This document shows positions 48,084-58,071 of a stretch of 64,000 nucleotides of DNA, piece by piece. Within the stretch, counting starts at the first letter, position 1; each line of letters starts with the position of its first letter. The notes under the pieces are model-generated. The model searched no databases, had not been told where the DNA came from, and saw only the letters and a list, made by a program, of their open reading frames with translations. The stretch is taken from contig SUYU01000013.1 of the NCBI GenBank assembly GCA_015060245.1, forward strand, positions 6,538 through 70,537, in the 5' to 3' direction. Made by a program: the position numbers and the translations under genes. This stretch comes from Bacteroidales bacterium (GTDB lineage Bacteria > Bacteroidota > Bacteroidia > Bacteroidales > UBA932).

Positions 48084-48824
48084 TTATTTTTTTACGTATT
48101 TAACAACCAAATCAACTAGAGAAATAGAAGCGTCCTCCATTGAAAGAACGATGCTATCAATCTTAGAAACGATGTAGTTATAGAAGAACTGAAGGATAAT
48201 AGCAACGATCAAACCACCTACGGTTGTAATCAACGCAACTTTCATACCACCAGCAACAATGTTAGGAGAGATATCACCTGCAACCTCGATAGCGTCGAAT
48301 GCAGCGATCATACCAAGCACTGTACCCAAGAATCCAAGTGAAGGAGCAGTAGTGATGAACAACTGAATCCAAGAAAGACCGCTCTCAAGTTGGCTCATCT
48401 GAACGCCACCGTAAGAAACAACTGCTTTCTCAACTACGTCTACACCCTCTTCTGCACGGCTAAGACCCTGATAGAAAATGCTTGCAACTGGACCACGAGT
48501 GTTACGGCAAACCTCTTTAGCAGCCTCAACGCCACCATTCTGAAGAGCCTCCTCAACTTTAGCCAACAATTTGGCATTGTTAGTAGTAGCAAGGTTTAGA
48601 TAAATGATTCTCTCGATTGAAAGAGCCAAACCAAAGATAAGACACAAAAGAACAGCGCCCATGAAACCAGCACCACCCTCAATGAATTTTGCTTTTAGTT
48701 GTTGGTACACAGGAACATCTGATTGGCCTGCTAGCAAATCAGCAGCAGCGTCTTGTGCGAAAAGATCTTGTGCAGCAAGTGCAATAAGGCCAAATGCTGC
48801 CAAAAACATGAAAGTTTTTTTCAT
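48084..48824 (-). CDS. exbB: MotA/TolQ/ExbB proton channel protein
   Basis: Signal-like N-terminus (MKKTF...), three TM helices and the conserved LGFLGTVLGMI segment. Confidence 0.85.
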   Translation of the reverse strand: MKKTFMFLAAFGLIALAAQDLFAQDAAADLLAGQSDVPVYQQLKAKFIEGGAGFMGAVLLCLIFGLALSIERIIYLNLATTNNAKLLAKVEEALQNGGVEAAKEVCRNTRGPVASIFYQGLSRAEEGVDVVEKAVVSYGGVQMSQLESGLSWIQLFITTAPSLGFLGTVLGMIAAFDAIEVAGDISPNIVAGGMKVALITTVGGLIVAIILQFFYNYIVSKIDSIVLSMEDASISLVDLVVKYVKK

Positions 48825-48935
48825 AATTTTTTGAGTAATTAAAATATTAAACAATGTATTTAAATAGTTAATAGTATTTTATAGCATATTATAAAATATC
48901 GCGCAATTTACGCAAAATATTTTAATTAGATACAA

Positions 48936-49976
48936 TTATATTGATATTTCTCCTTTGACACTATGGGCCAGACGCTGCCTAACAATATCATTATCATTGC
49001 TTTGACCCAGTAAAAAAAATAATTTTGTGAGGGCTGCCTCAAATGTGCTGTCATAACCGCTCACAACCCCCTCCTTCTTGAGTGCCACACCTGTAGCATA
49101 GGCATCCATATCCACGCTACCTGCCTGACATTGAGTAACATTGAGAACTATCAGCCCCTTCCCTACAGCCCTCTTTATGCTCTTTACAAACCATTCACTG
49201 GTAGGTGCGTTACCGGAGCCGAAGGTTTCAATGATTACCGCCCTTATGCCAGGTGTATCAATTACGGCATCCATCACCTGCGGAGTTATTCCCGGGAATA
49301 TCTTGAGCACCCCCACTCGGGTATCTATTCCTTTATTTACCCTCAACGGCCTGCCCCACTCCTTGGGATACCTTATAAATGATGTATTGAACTTGATGTG
49401 TATTCCCACTTCTGCCAGTACAGGATAATTGGCCGAACGGAATGCCCTGAAGTTTTCGGCGTTGTACTTTGTTGTACGGTTGCCTCTGTATAGATAACTC
49501 TCAAAGTATATGCACACCTCGGGAACCATTGCTCTTCCGTTGGCATCCTGCGCTGCAGCAATCTCTATTGAAGAGATAAGGTTCTCCTTTCCGTCGGTCC
49601 TCAACATACCGATCGGCAGTTGGCTTCCGGTAAAGACTACAGGTTTTTCAAGATCCTCAAGCATAAAACTCAACGCTGAAGCCGAGTAGGACATGGTGTC
49701 GGTACCATGCAGCACTACAAAACCGTCATACTTGCTGTAGTTGATGCTTATTATCTCTGCAAGTTCAATCCAGAATGACGGAACAACATCAGATGAGTCA
49801 ATAACAGGATTGAACGAGTAGGAATCAATGGTGCAGCCGAATTTCCTCAACTCAGGCACCTCCTCCTGAATCTGGTTGAAATTGAATGGAACAAGGGCAA
49901 GAGTATCAGGATCCTGCTTCATACCTATGGTTCCACCTGTGTAAATCAATAGTATAGATCTGTTTTTCATAGTCAA
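48936..49976 (-). CDS. ansA: type I L-asparaginase
   Basis: LLIYTGGTIGM and HGTDTM motifs. Confidence 0.9.
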   Translation of the reverse strand: MTMKNRSILLIYTGGTIGMKQDPDTLALVPFNFNQIQEEVPELRKFGCTIDSYSFNPVIDSSDVVPSFWIELAEIISINYSKYDGFVVLHGTDTMSYSASALSFMLEDLEKPVVFTGSQLPIGMLRTDGKENLISSIEIAAAQDANGRAMVPEVCIYFESYLYRGNRTTKYNAENFRAFRSANYPVLAEVGIHIKFNTSFIRYPKEWGRPLRVNKGIDTRVGVLKIFPGITPQVMDAVIDTPGIRAVIIETFGSGNAPTSEWFVKSIKRAVGKGLIVLNVTQCQAGSVDMDAYATGVALKKEGVVSGYDSTFEAALTKLFFLLGQSNDNDIVRQRLAHSVKGEISI

Positions 49977-49979
49977 CTC

Positions 49980-50780
49980 CTATATTCCGAACAACTCTTT
50001 TGCATTGGCAGTGGTGACACCGGCCACCTCTTCTACACTGCACCCCTTTATCTGTGCCACCTTCTGTGCAATTACAGGAATATATGCGCTCTCATTCCTC
50101 TTGCCCCTGTACGGCACTGGTGTGAGCCATGGGGAATCAGTTTCAAGAAGTATATCCTCCAGCGGCACTCTCTCAATCACCTTTGCCACACCGGCATTCT
50201 TGTAGGTAACCACCCCGCCTATTCCTATTTTTATATCGCCATAGGTCCTGAGCCTGCAATATGTCTCATAACTGCCTGAATAGGCATGGAATACACCTTT
50301 GAGATCCTTGAGGCACAACTCATCCAGCACCTCAAACACCTGATCTATGGCATCCCTAACATGCACGATTACAGGCAAACCATACTCCCTTGCCAAAAGG
50401 ATCTGCTCCGCGAAGGCCATCTTCTGCTCCCGAAGGAACTCCTTGCTCCAGTAGCCGTCAACACCTATCTCTCCTACAGCAACATAAGGATTTGTTGCAC
50501 CCGGAGAATTCCTCTGCAGCAACCTCTCCTTTACAAAATCGAGTTCATCTCTCCAATTGGCTCCTACCGATGTGGGATGAAGACCTATTGCCTCATGTAC
50601 AATGCCCCCATACTGTGCAGCCACCCTGCTCTGCCTGTCAAAACTCGCCATATCAATGCCGGGAAAGATGCAATTTGCGACACCGGCAGCAACCATCCTC
50701 GCAAAAGCCTCATCCAGGTCGGCATCAAAAGCCTCATCATACAGATGAGAGTGCGTATCAATAAACATATTCTTTTCCAT
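49980..50780 (-). CDS. TatD-family metal-dependent hydrolase
   Basis: IDTHSHL at the N-terminus and a TIM-barrel hydrolase sequence. Confidence 0.85.
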   Translation of the reverse strand: MEKNMFIDTHSHLYDEAFDADLDEAFARMVAAGVANCIFPGIDMASFDRQSRVAAQYGGIVHEAIGLHPTSVGANWRDELDFVKERLLQRNSPGATNPYVAVGEIGVDGYWSKEFLREQKMAFAEQILLAREYGLPVIVHVRDAIDQVFEVLDELCLKDLKGVFHAYSGSYETYCRLRTYGDIKIGIGGVVTYKNAGVAKVIERVPLEDILLETDSPWLTPVPYRGKRNESAYIPVIAQKVAQIKGCSVEEVAGVTTANAKELFGI

Positions 50781-50794
50781 CAGGTAACCAAAAG

Positions 50795-51922
50795 TCAGCC
50801 CACGGAGATATATCTGCCACCATGCACAAGCCTTACCCTGCCCTCAAGTTCCAGTTCAAGCAACAGGGCAGCCACATCTCCGTAAGGGAGCCCGGTAAGG
50901 TTGCATACAGAATCTATATCCAGTGCGCAATTATTCTTTAAAGATAGCAATATTTTCTCCTTTTTGTCATCTTCAAACGAAAATAAATTCATTTGTGCGC
51001 CAAATGCAGGAGCATAACCACCCTGCGGATTGCAGATTTCTGTTGCCGACACATCAGTGAATATCTGGGCCACATTCCTGGATATAAGATAATTACATCC
51101 ATAAGAGTTTGCATCTCCCAATCTTCCTGGCACGGCATAGACCTCCCTTCCGTATGAATTTGCAAACTCAACCGTACTCATGGAGCCTCCTTTTATACGG
51201 GTTTCGGCCACTATTGTTGCCGCAGAAAGGCCTGCAATTATACGGTTTCTCTTTATGAACTGCCAGCGCCTTACCCCAACTCCATGAGGGAACTCCGATA
51301 TTATACCGCCCTGCTTTACCATCTGTTTTGCAATGCTCCTGTGCCTTGACGGATATATAAGATCTATACCGCAGGGGAGCACTCCAATTGTCTCCAGTCC
51401 CATCTCAAGAGCCGCCTTGTGAGCAGTTATATCCACGCCATAAGCGAGTCCGCTCACTATCTTTACCCCTCCCGACAGAAGCAGTTGACTCTCTTTGCAC
51501 TCTGCAAAACCTGAAACAATCCTTGCTGTAGCCTCACGCCCGTAGGAAGAGGCCAGACGTGTACCCACTATTGAAACCGGAAGTCCCTCCTTCAAATTTG
51601 AACTTCCAAGGTAAAAGAGCACCACAGGAGCATCGGCACACTCCCTCAACAGGGGCGGATACTCATCACCCGTAATGGGAAGCACACTAACGCCTCTGGA
51701 GCGGGCCCACTCAAGTTCTCTCAGACTCTTTTCGAGCAGGGAGTCATTCACCATCTCCCGGGCAGCCCCCCTGATTCCCGATACCGCTTCAAGTTCATCA
51801 TCCCCCATAGAAAAGAGGGAGGCAGGATTCTCAAGAGAAGCAAGCAGTTGTCGGGAAGCAAGCGGATTATACCTGAACAACTCCGCTACAGCATAGATAT
51901 AAACGAGTTCTTCCATTATCAT
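50795..51922 (-). CDS. dprA: DNA-processing protein DprA
   Basis: Rossmann-like DprA core (GLAYGVDITAHKAAL, GGIISE) and a C-terminal winged-helix-like tail. Confidence 0.85.
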   Translation of the reverse strand: MIMEELVYIYAVAELFRYNPLASRQLLASLENPASLFSMGDDELEAVSGIRGAAREMVNDSLLEKSLRELEWARSRGVSVLPITGDEYPPLLRECADAPVVLFYLGSSNLKEGLPVSIVGTRLASSYGREATARIVSGFAECKESQLLLSGGVKIVSGLAYGVDITAHKAALEMGLETIGVLPCGIDLIYPSRHRSIAKQMVKQGGIISEFPHGVGVRRWQFIKRNRIIAGLSAATIVAETRIKGGSMSTVEFANSYGREVYAVPGRLGDANSYGCNYLISRNVAQIFTDVSATEICNPQGGYAPAFGAQMNLFSFEDDKKEKILLSLKNNCALDIDSVCNLTGLPYGDVAALLLELELEGRVRLVHGGRYISVG

Positions 51923-51929
51923 TCCATAT

Positions 51930-51966
51930 AAAACAAAAGGTCTGCAAAGGTATATCCCTGCAGACC
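51930..51966 (-). terminator. hairpin plus T-run after queA
   Basis: Minus strand: GGTCTGCA-12 nt loop-TGCAGACC followed by TTTTGTTTT. It lies only 8 nt before the dprA start, so read-through is implied. Confidence 0.5.
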
Positions 51967-52013
51967 CGTTACCCGTTTGAAACGGATATTTGTTTTATGG
52001 AATTGCGTATATG

Positions 52014-53063
52014 CTAGATTATAAGCATTGCATCGCCGTATGTTCCAAAAGAGTAACCCTCTTCCAATGCCACTTTGTAGGCATTCATGACGTTTTCGTA
52101 ACCTCCGAAAGCAGCAACAGACATAAGCATTGTTGATGAAGGCAAGTGGAAATTGGTAACAAGTGCATCAGGAACCGAAAATGCATATGGAGGGAAGATG
52201 AACTTGTTTGTCCATCCATCATAAGGTTTTACCTCCGCCCTTGTGGTTACAGGAGTCTCAAGAGCCCTTATAACAGTGATTCCTACAGCAAACACCTTAT
52301 TGCCGGCAGCCTTTGTTCCATTGATTTTCTTTGCAGTCTCCTCAGAAATAATCATCTGCTCAGAATCCATCTTGTGTTTTGACAAATCCTCAACATCAAC
52401 AGTACGGAAGTGTCCCAAACCCATATGAAGTGTAAGGAATGTGCTGTCAACACCCTTTATCTCCATTCTTTTGAAGAGTTCACGGCTGAAGTGAAGACCT
52501 GCGGCAGGGGTTGCCACAGCACCCTCATTCTTTGCAAAGATTGTATGGAAACGCTCATGGTCTATCTCCTCCGGAATAGTCCTTATCCATTTTGGCACAG
52601 GTATGTTGCCCACACTGAAAAGGGTATTCTTGAACTCTTCATACGAACCGTCATAAAGGAATCTCAATGTTCTTCCCCTTGATGTTGTGTTGTCAATTAC
52701 CTCTGCAACTAAAGAGTCATCCTCTCCAAAATAGAGTTTGTTTCCTATTCTTATCTTTCTTGCAGGGTCTACAAGAACATCCCAAAGGCGCTGCTCCTTG
52801 TTGAGTTCCCTCAAAAGGAACACCTCAATGTCGGCACCTGTCTTCTCTTTGTTTCCATTAAGGCGTGCAGGGAATACTTTTGTATCGTTGAATACAAATA
52901 CATCTCCCTCTTCTGTATATTGGATGATATCTTTGAAGAGTTTGTGCTCAATCTCACCTGTATCCTTGTGAAGGACCATCAGTTTTGATTCATCCCTATA
53001 TTTTGCAGGATATTTTGCCACCTGCTCTATGCTCAACGGAAAACTGAATTGTGATAATTTCAT
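52014..53063 (-). CDS. queA: tRNA preQ1(34) S-adenosylmethionine ribosyltransferase-isomerase
   Basis: [20 protein letters not shown]... and [12 protein letters not shown] motifs. Confidence 0.92.
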   Translation of the reverse strand: MKLSQFSFPLSIEQVAKYPAKYRDESKLMVLHKDTGEIEHKLFKDIIQYTEEGDVFVFNDTKVFPARLNGNKEKTGADIEVFLLRELNKEQRLWDVLVDPARKIRIGNKLYFGEDDSLVAEVIDNTTSRGRTLRFLYDGSYEEFKNTLFSVGNIPVPKWIRTIPEEIDHERFHTIFAKNEGAVATPAAGLHFSRELFKRMEIKGVDSTFLTLHMGLGHFRTVDVEDLSKHKMDSEQMIISEETAKKINGTKAAGNKVFAVGITVIRALETPVTTRAEVKPYDGWTNKFIFPPYAFSVPDALVTNFHLPSSTMLMSVAAFGGYENVMNAYKVALEEGYSFGTYGDAMLII

Positions 53064-53107
53064 ACTTTTTTATGACGGTTAAAATTAGACAAAGTAACCG
53101 TTATACG

Positions 53108-53139
53108 AAAAAAGCGGAAAAAAGTTTCATTTTTCCGCT
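53108..53139 (-). terminator. rho-independent terminator after truB
   Basis: 10-bp stem AGCGGAAAAA / TTTTTCCGCT with a 7-nt loop, followed by a T-run on the minus strand. Confidence 0.65.
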
Positions 53140-53146
53140 CATTTTT

Positions 53147-53884
53147 TTAATCCTTGAGAATTTCAACCACCTCTTCCATGGAGAGCGAGTTGGAAACCGT
53201 GAATCCGCCCGACGCACTCCTTATGAGGCCGGTAAGGTGACCGCCACTGTCAAGGGCAGCACCTATATCACGCGCAAGCGACCTTATATATGTTCCCTTG
53301 CTGCATTTTACCCTCACAACAAGTTTTGGAAGCGAGAAATCCATTATCTCAAGAGCATATATTGTAATACGTGCCGGTTTCATTACAACCTCTTCTCCGG
53401 CACGGGCCATCTCATAGGCTCTTGTACCGTCAATCAGTTTTGCAGAGAAGATTGGAGGAATCTGGTCCTGCTCCCCCACCATTTCTTCAAGCACCCGTTT
53501 TACAGCATCAAGTGTTATATGCTCATACGGATAGGTTGCATCTATCTCCTTCTCGAGATCATACGACGGTGTTGTGGCACCGAGTGTAATCTCGGCAATA
53601 TACTCTTTCTGCTGTGCCTGCAGCGCCTCTGCCTGTTTGGTAGCCTTGCCAAGGCATATCAGCAGCACACCTGTAGCCAAAGGATCAAGAGTGCCGGCAT
53701 GGCCCACCTTTATGTTCCTCTTTCTGAAATGCTTCTGCGCAAGGAACTTGATTTTTCTCACAGCATCTGCCGATGTCCATTTGAGGGGCTTGTCCAAAGG
53801 AATTACAACACCACCCGGATAGTCATCAATATTGTGCGAGAGTTTTTGTAATGAACCCTTCTCTATTACAGTCAATGCATCCAT
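53147..53884 (-). CDS. truB: tRNA pseudouridine(55) synthase
   Basis: KPLKWTSADAV and GHAGTLDPLATG motifs. Confidence 0.93.
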   Translation of the reverse strand: MDALTVIEKGSLQKLSHNIDDYPGGVVIPLDKPLKWTSADAVRKIKFLAQKHFRKRNIKVGHAGTLDPLATGVLLICLGKATKQAEALQAQQKEYIAEITLGATTPSYDLEKEIDATYPYEHITLDAVKRVLEEMVGEQDQIPPIFSAKLIDGTRAYEMARAGEEVVMKPARITIYALEIMDFSLPKLVVRVKCSKGTYIRSLARDIGAALDSGGHLTGLIRSASGGFTVSNSLSMEEVVEILKD

Positions 53885-53887
53885 CTG

Positions 53888-54331
53888 CTAGCAGTCAATT
53901 TTCTCTACTCTTCTCTGATGTCTTCCACCCTCAAAATCAGTGGCAAGGTATGTTTTTACAATCTCAATTGCAAGATCCTGAGGAATGAAACGGGCCGGCA
54001 ACGACAATACATTTGCATCATTGTGCTGTCTTGCAAGAGCAGCAAGTTCTGTAGTCCAGCACAAAGCAGCCCTCACACCCTTATGTTTGTTGATTGTCAT
54101 GCTTATACCGTTACCTGAACCGCATATTGCAATACCGCAACAGAAATCACCATTCTGTATACCCTCTGCAAGAGGATGGGCAACATCGGGATAATCCATA
54201 CTCTCTGTTGAGTGTGTTCCAAAATCCTTTACCTCATAACCCATCTCCGTCAAAACAGGTTTGAGCGCCTCTTTCAATTCATAGCCGGCATGGTCAGCAG
54301 CCATTCCAATCATCTTTTTCATAATATTCAA
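53888..54331 (-). CDS. rpiB: ribose 5-phosphate isomerase B
   Basis: RpiB/LacAB sequence (GIAICGSGNGISMTINK). Confidence 0.9.
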   Translation of the reverse strand: MNIMKKMIGMAADHAGYELKEALKPVLTEMGYEVKDFGTHSTESMDYPDVAHPLAEGIQNGDFCCGIAICGSGNGISMTINKHKGVRAALCWTTELAALARQHNDANVLSLPARFIPQDLAIEIVKTYLATDFEGGRHQRRVEKIDC

Positions 54332-54333
54332 GT

Positions 54334-55950
54334 TTATTTAGTTGTTGTTTCTGTTTTCTCTGTTTCACCCTTTTCCTCTTCAATTACCCGCTCAATCACA
54401 TTGTCGAGCCTGTTTATATAGGGGTAAAAGGCTTCATCATCAAGTGAGGTATACCTTCCAAAGAGTCCTTTCATCTGGGTTACAATAAACTCCTTTGACT
54501 TCTGCCACTCATCTCCTTTTGGCACAATGCCATTCTCTTTTGCAAAAGCCAGGAAGCCCGACTCTATGTCAATGCTCCGGGTAAGTTGCTCAAGATCTTC
54601 AAAACTCTTCACCTGTCTCAACTGTGCCCTGTAGGTATCAGCAAGTTTGATGCTGTATTTTACCTGCAGGCTCTTCCTGTTTACCGCAACGAGGAATCTG
54701 GTAACACCGGCAGTGTCTATCGGTACAAATATGTCGGGGATAATGCCACCGCCGCCATATACCACCTTGCCGGCAGGAGTCACAAACTTCAAGGAGTCAT
54801 TTCTCTTGATACTGTCGGCAACAGTCATCTCGCCATGCTGGTATCTCTCTATAATATCATACTGATAATCTTTAGAATACGGCTTCTGAATACACCTTCC
54901 TGTTGGTGTGTAGAAGCGTGCAACAGTAAGCCTTATACCTGATTTGTCGCTGAAATAGATAGGTTCCTGGACCAATCCCTTGCCAAATGAGCGGCGTCCC
55001 ACTATGGTACCTCTGTCGTTGTCCTGGATTGCTCCGGCAAAAATTTCACTTGATGAGGCCGAGTTCTCATTTATCAGCACATAGAGTTTGACATCCTGCA
55101 TTGAGCCTTTGCCGTCGGCATGGAAATCCCGTCTCTGTCTGTGAAGTCCATCCATATATACAATGAGTTGCCCTTTGGCAAGGAACTCATTTGACATGAG
55201 CAGTGCCTGGTCAAGATATCCTCCGGTATTGTCCCTCAAGTCCAGAATCAGGCTCCTGACGCCCTTGCCGCGCAACTTTTCAAGTGCCTCATGCACCTCT
55301 GTATAACTTGTTCTGGCAAATTTTGACAACTTTATATATCCGAGCGAGTCATCAATCATGTATGAGACATCAACGCTCTTTACAGGAATATTGTCCCTTT
55401 TTATGGTAAACGGCACAAGTTCCTCAAGGTCATCACGCTTGATTCCTATTTTTACAGTGGTGCCGCGAGGGCCCTTGAGACGCTTCACAATGGAGTCCTG
55501 GTCCATCTTCACACCGGCAATATTCTCGCCATCCACAGTAATTATCCTGTCTCCCGACAGCAGGCCAGCCCTTTCAGAGGGACCGCCAGGTACAACATTT
55601 ATCACAACCACAGTATCATTAGGCACATTGAACTGGATACCTATACCACTGAAATTGCCTGTAAGCGACTCGTCTGCCACCTCAAGTTCCTTTGGAGGAA
55701 GATAAACCGAATGGGGATCGAGGTTCTGCATGACATGCGGCAAGGTCTTCTCCACTATATCCTTATAATCAATCGAGTCTACATAATGCTGCTCTATCTG
55801 GTCAAGGATGACCAGCAGTTTGTCCCATTTGTGGTCACTTACATCCACCTTTCTGGGCTCCTTGTCACACATGCGCACTATAAGCAATACCACAAGCAGC
55901 ATGGTAATTGCCGGCATTACACGGTTTAGTCTTTCAATGAATCTTTTCAC
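54334..55950 (-). CDS. S41-family C-terminal processing peptidase
   Basis: N-terminal TM helix, PDZ region (GIQF...VVPGGPSERAGL), DLRDNTGGYL, and catalytic-region SASSSEIFAG. Confidence 0.88.
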   Translation of the reverse strand: MKRFIERLNRVMPAITMLLVVLLIVRMCDKEPRKVDVSDHKWDKLLVILDQIEQHYVDSIDYKDIVEKTLPHVMQNLDPHSVYLPPKELEVADESLTGNFSGIGIQFNVPNDTVVVINVVPGGPSERAGLLSGDRIITVDGENIAGVKMDQDSIVKRLKGPRGTTVKIGIKRDDLEELVPFTIKRDNIPVKSVDVSYMIDDSLGYIKLSKFARTSYTEVHEALEKLRGKGVRSLILDLRDNTGGYLDQALLMSNEFLAKGQLIVYMDGLHRQRRDFHADGKGSMQDVKLYVLINENSASSSEIFAGAIQDNDRGTIVGRRSFGKGLVQEPIYFSDKSGIRLTVARFYTPTGRCIQKPYSKDYQYDIIERYQHGEMTVADSIKRNDSLKFVTPAGKVVYGGGGIIPDIFVPIDTAGVTRFLVAVNRKSLQVKYSIKLADTYRAQLRQVKSFEDLEQLTRSIDIESGFLAFAKENGIVPKGDEWQKSKEFIVTQMKGLFGRYTSLDDEAFYPYINRLDNVIERVIEEEKGETEKTETTTK

Positions 55951-55966
55951 TGGATAATCTTTTTGT

Positions 55967-56395
55967 TTAACCTAATTTGTCCGCCTCTATCTGCAGTATC
56001 TCTATACCGGCACGTGCCATAAGGTCAAGGCCGTCGGTAATCCTGTAGGCGTCACGGTAGACCACACGCCTTATTCCAGACTGGATTATGAGTTTGGCAC
56101 ACTCCACACAAGGTGCAGCCGTAACATATAGGGTGGCTCCATCGCTGCTGTTGTTCGATTTGGCAACCTTTGTAATTGCATTTGCCTCTGCATGCAGAAC
56201 GTAAGGTTTTGTAATGCCGTTCTCATCTTCACATACATTCTCAAAACCGCATGGTGTTCCATTGTAGCCGTCGGATATTATCATTCTGTCCTTCACTATC
56301 AAGGCTCCCACCTTCCTGCGCTGGCAATATGAATTCTCGGCCCATACGCCCGCCATTGCCAGATAACTCCTGTCAAACTGATACTGCTTGTCCAT
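55967..56395 (-). CDS. deoxycytidylate (dCMP) deaminase
   Basis: HAEANAI and PCVECAK zinc motifs. The Met at 56395 avoids overlap with the upstream gene. Confidence 0.88.
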   Translation of the reverse strand: MDKQYQFDRSYLAMAGVWAENSYCQRRKVGALIVKDRMIISDGYNGTPCGFENVCEDENGITKPYVLHAEANAITKVAKSNNSSDGATLYVTAAPCVECAKLIIQSGIRRVVYRDAYRITDGLDLMARAGIEILQIEADKLG

Positions 56396-56405
56396 CTGCC
56401 TGTTT

Positions 56406-58064
56406 CTATTGGTACATATAACGTTTGATGCTCTTCTTTGGAGTCTTCTCAAACTCCTCTGGCATAATTCTCACATGCGCAATCTTCTGATAATTCGGCA
56501 TATCAACATTCACCTGGGCAATATTCTCCTGCATCTTCTTTAGCAACGCCTCATCATCAAGTTTGTCGGCCTGGGCCTGATCCATATCGGGATATATAAG
56601 TGCAACCAATTGTCCTTTATCTTCAATCACCAAAGATTCAACCACATAAGGCATATTGTTTATTGCACTCTCAATCTCCTCCGGATAGATATTCTGTCCG
56701 CTCGGACCCAAAAGCATGCTCTTGCAGCGGCCCTTGATATATAGGAAACCGTCGGCATCAATCACACCCATATCACCTGTCTTGAACCAGCCGTCATCGG
56801 TAAAGACCTCTGATGTAGCCTGCTCGTTGTGGTAGTAGCCCAACATCACATTTGCACCCTTGACCTGAATCTCTCCCGGCACATTCTGCGGATCGTTGGA
56901 ATCAATCCTTATCTCCATACGTGGGGCAGCCTTGCCGCAAGAGTAGAGGCGAGCCTTGTTCCACGGTGCATATGATATGATTGGAGCGCACTCGGTCATA
57001 CCGTAACCCACAGTATAAGGGAACTTTATCCTGTGGAAGAATTCGTCAGCCTCCCTGTTGAATGCAGCACCGCCAATTATCACCTCAGCAAAATTGCCTC
57101 CGAACGTCTTTACAAGTTCATCCTTTATCTTTGCCTCAATCATCTGGTCCATCACAGGCAATTTGAGCAACACCTTCATGCTGGTCTTGTTGATGATAGG
57201 CTGAAGTTTCTGTTTGTATATCTTCTCAATGATAAGAGGAACGGCAATGATAACATCAGGTTTGATCTCTGCAAACGCCCCCATAATGATTTTTGGACTC
57301 GGAATCCTTGTAAGGAAATGCACATGGGCTCCCACTGTCATCTCAAAGAGGAACTCAAACATCATTCCATACATGTGCGCTGTAGGCAACATCGACACTA
57401 TATTGGAAGTTGAACCAATCTTTGGAAATACCTCCTGGGCAAAAAGCACATTTGATTTCAAGGCCCTGTAAGGAATCATCACTCCTTTTGAGAAGCCCGA
57501 AGTACCCGATGTATAGTTGATCATTGCAAGTTCATCGGGAGATGACTCCTCATGATAGTTTATGTCATCAGAAGTGAAATTCTTTGGATATTTCTTTCCG
57601 AAATGCTCGTTCAAATGCTCCCTTGTCTCTACAATCTGATCTCTTGTAGCATATAGCAACGAAAAATCGTCAATTTGTATTATAGCCTCAAGGTTAGGCA
57701 TTTCTGTTTCAGAAAGGCTCTCCCAGGCCACCTTGCCCACAAAAAGTATACGGCTGTCTGAATGGTTTACAATGTGGTGTACATTGCCCGGCTTGAACTC
57801 GTGCAGGATCGGAACAGGTACCGCACCGTAAGTTATGCTCGCCAAAAAGACAACACCCCAGTTTGCCTGGTTCCTTGAACAGATGGCAATCTTGTCACCC
57901 TTCTCAACACCACAAATTCTGAATATTATATGTAATTTCTCTATTCTTCTGGCAACATCCCTGTAGTGCAAAGTGATTCCTTTGTAATCTGACAGTGCCG
58001 GTGAATTCCAGTTCTTCCTGAAACTCGTCTCCAGCATTTTGTTGAAAGACATCTCCATACTCAT
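56406..58064 (-). CDS. AMP-dependent synthetase / long-chain fatty acid--CoA ligase
   Basis: AMP-binding motif YTSGTSGFSKGV and TGD. The start is ambiguous (ATGs at 58094, 58064, 58058 and 58052); 58064 is the first that does not overlap the ABC gene. Confidence 0.85.
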   Translation of the reverse strand: MSMEMSFNKMLETSFRKNWNSPALSDYKGITLHYRDVARRIEKLHIIFRICGVEKGDKIAICSRNQANWGVVFLASITYGAVPVPILHEFKPGNVHHIVNHSDSRILFVGKVAWESLSETEMPNLEAIIQIDDFSLLYATRDQIVETREHLNEHFGKKYPKNFTSDDINYHEESSPDELAMINYTSGTSGFSKGVMIPYRALKSNVLFAQEVFPKIGSTSNIVSMLPTAHMYGMMFEFLFEMTVGAHVHFLTRIPSPKIIMGAFAEIKPDVIIAVPLIIEKIYKQKLQPIINKTSMKVLLKLPVMDQMIEAKIKDELVKTFGGNFAEVIIGGAAFNREADEFFHRIKFPYTVGYGMTECAPIISYAPWNKARLYSCGKAAPRMEIRIDSNDPQNVPGEIQVKGANVMLGYYHNEQATSEVFTDDGWFKTGDMGVIDADGFLYIKGRCKSMLLGPSGQNIYPEEIESAINNMPYVVESLVIEDKGQLVALIYPDMDQAQADKLDDEALLKKMQENIAQVNVDMPNYQKIAHVRIMPEEFEKTPKKSIKRYMYQ

Positions 58065-58071
58065 ATCTCTG

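Noticed and set aside
51930-51966. Hairpin before dprA as a regulatory attenuator
   Set aside because: It is adequately explained as the queA terminator. Its closeness to the dprA start may simply reflect compact gene spacing with partial read-through, and I saw no alternative-structure element.
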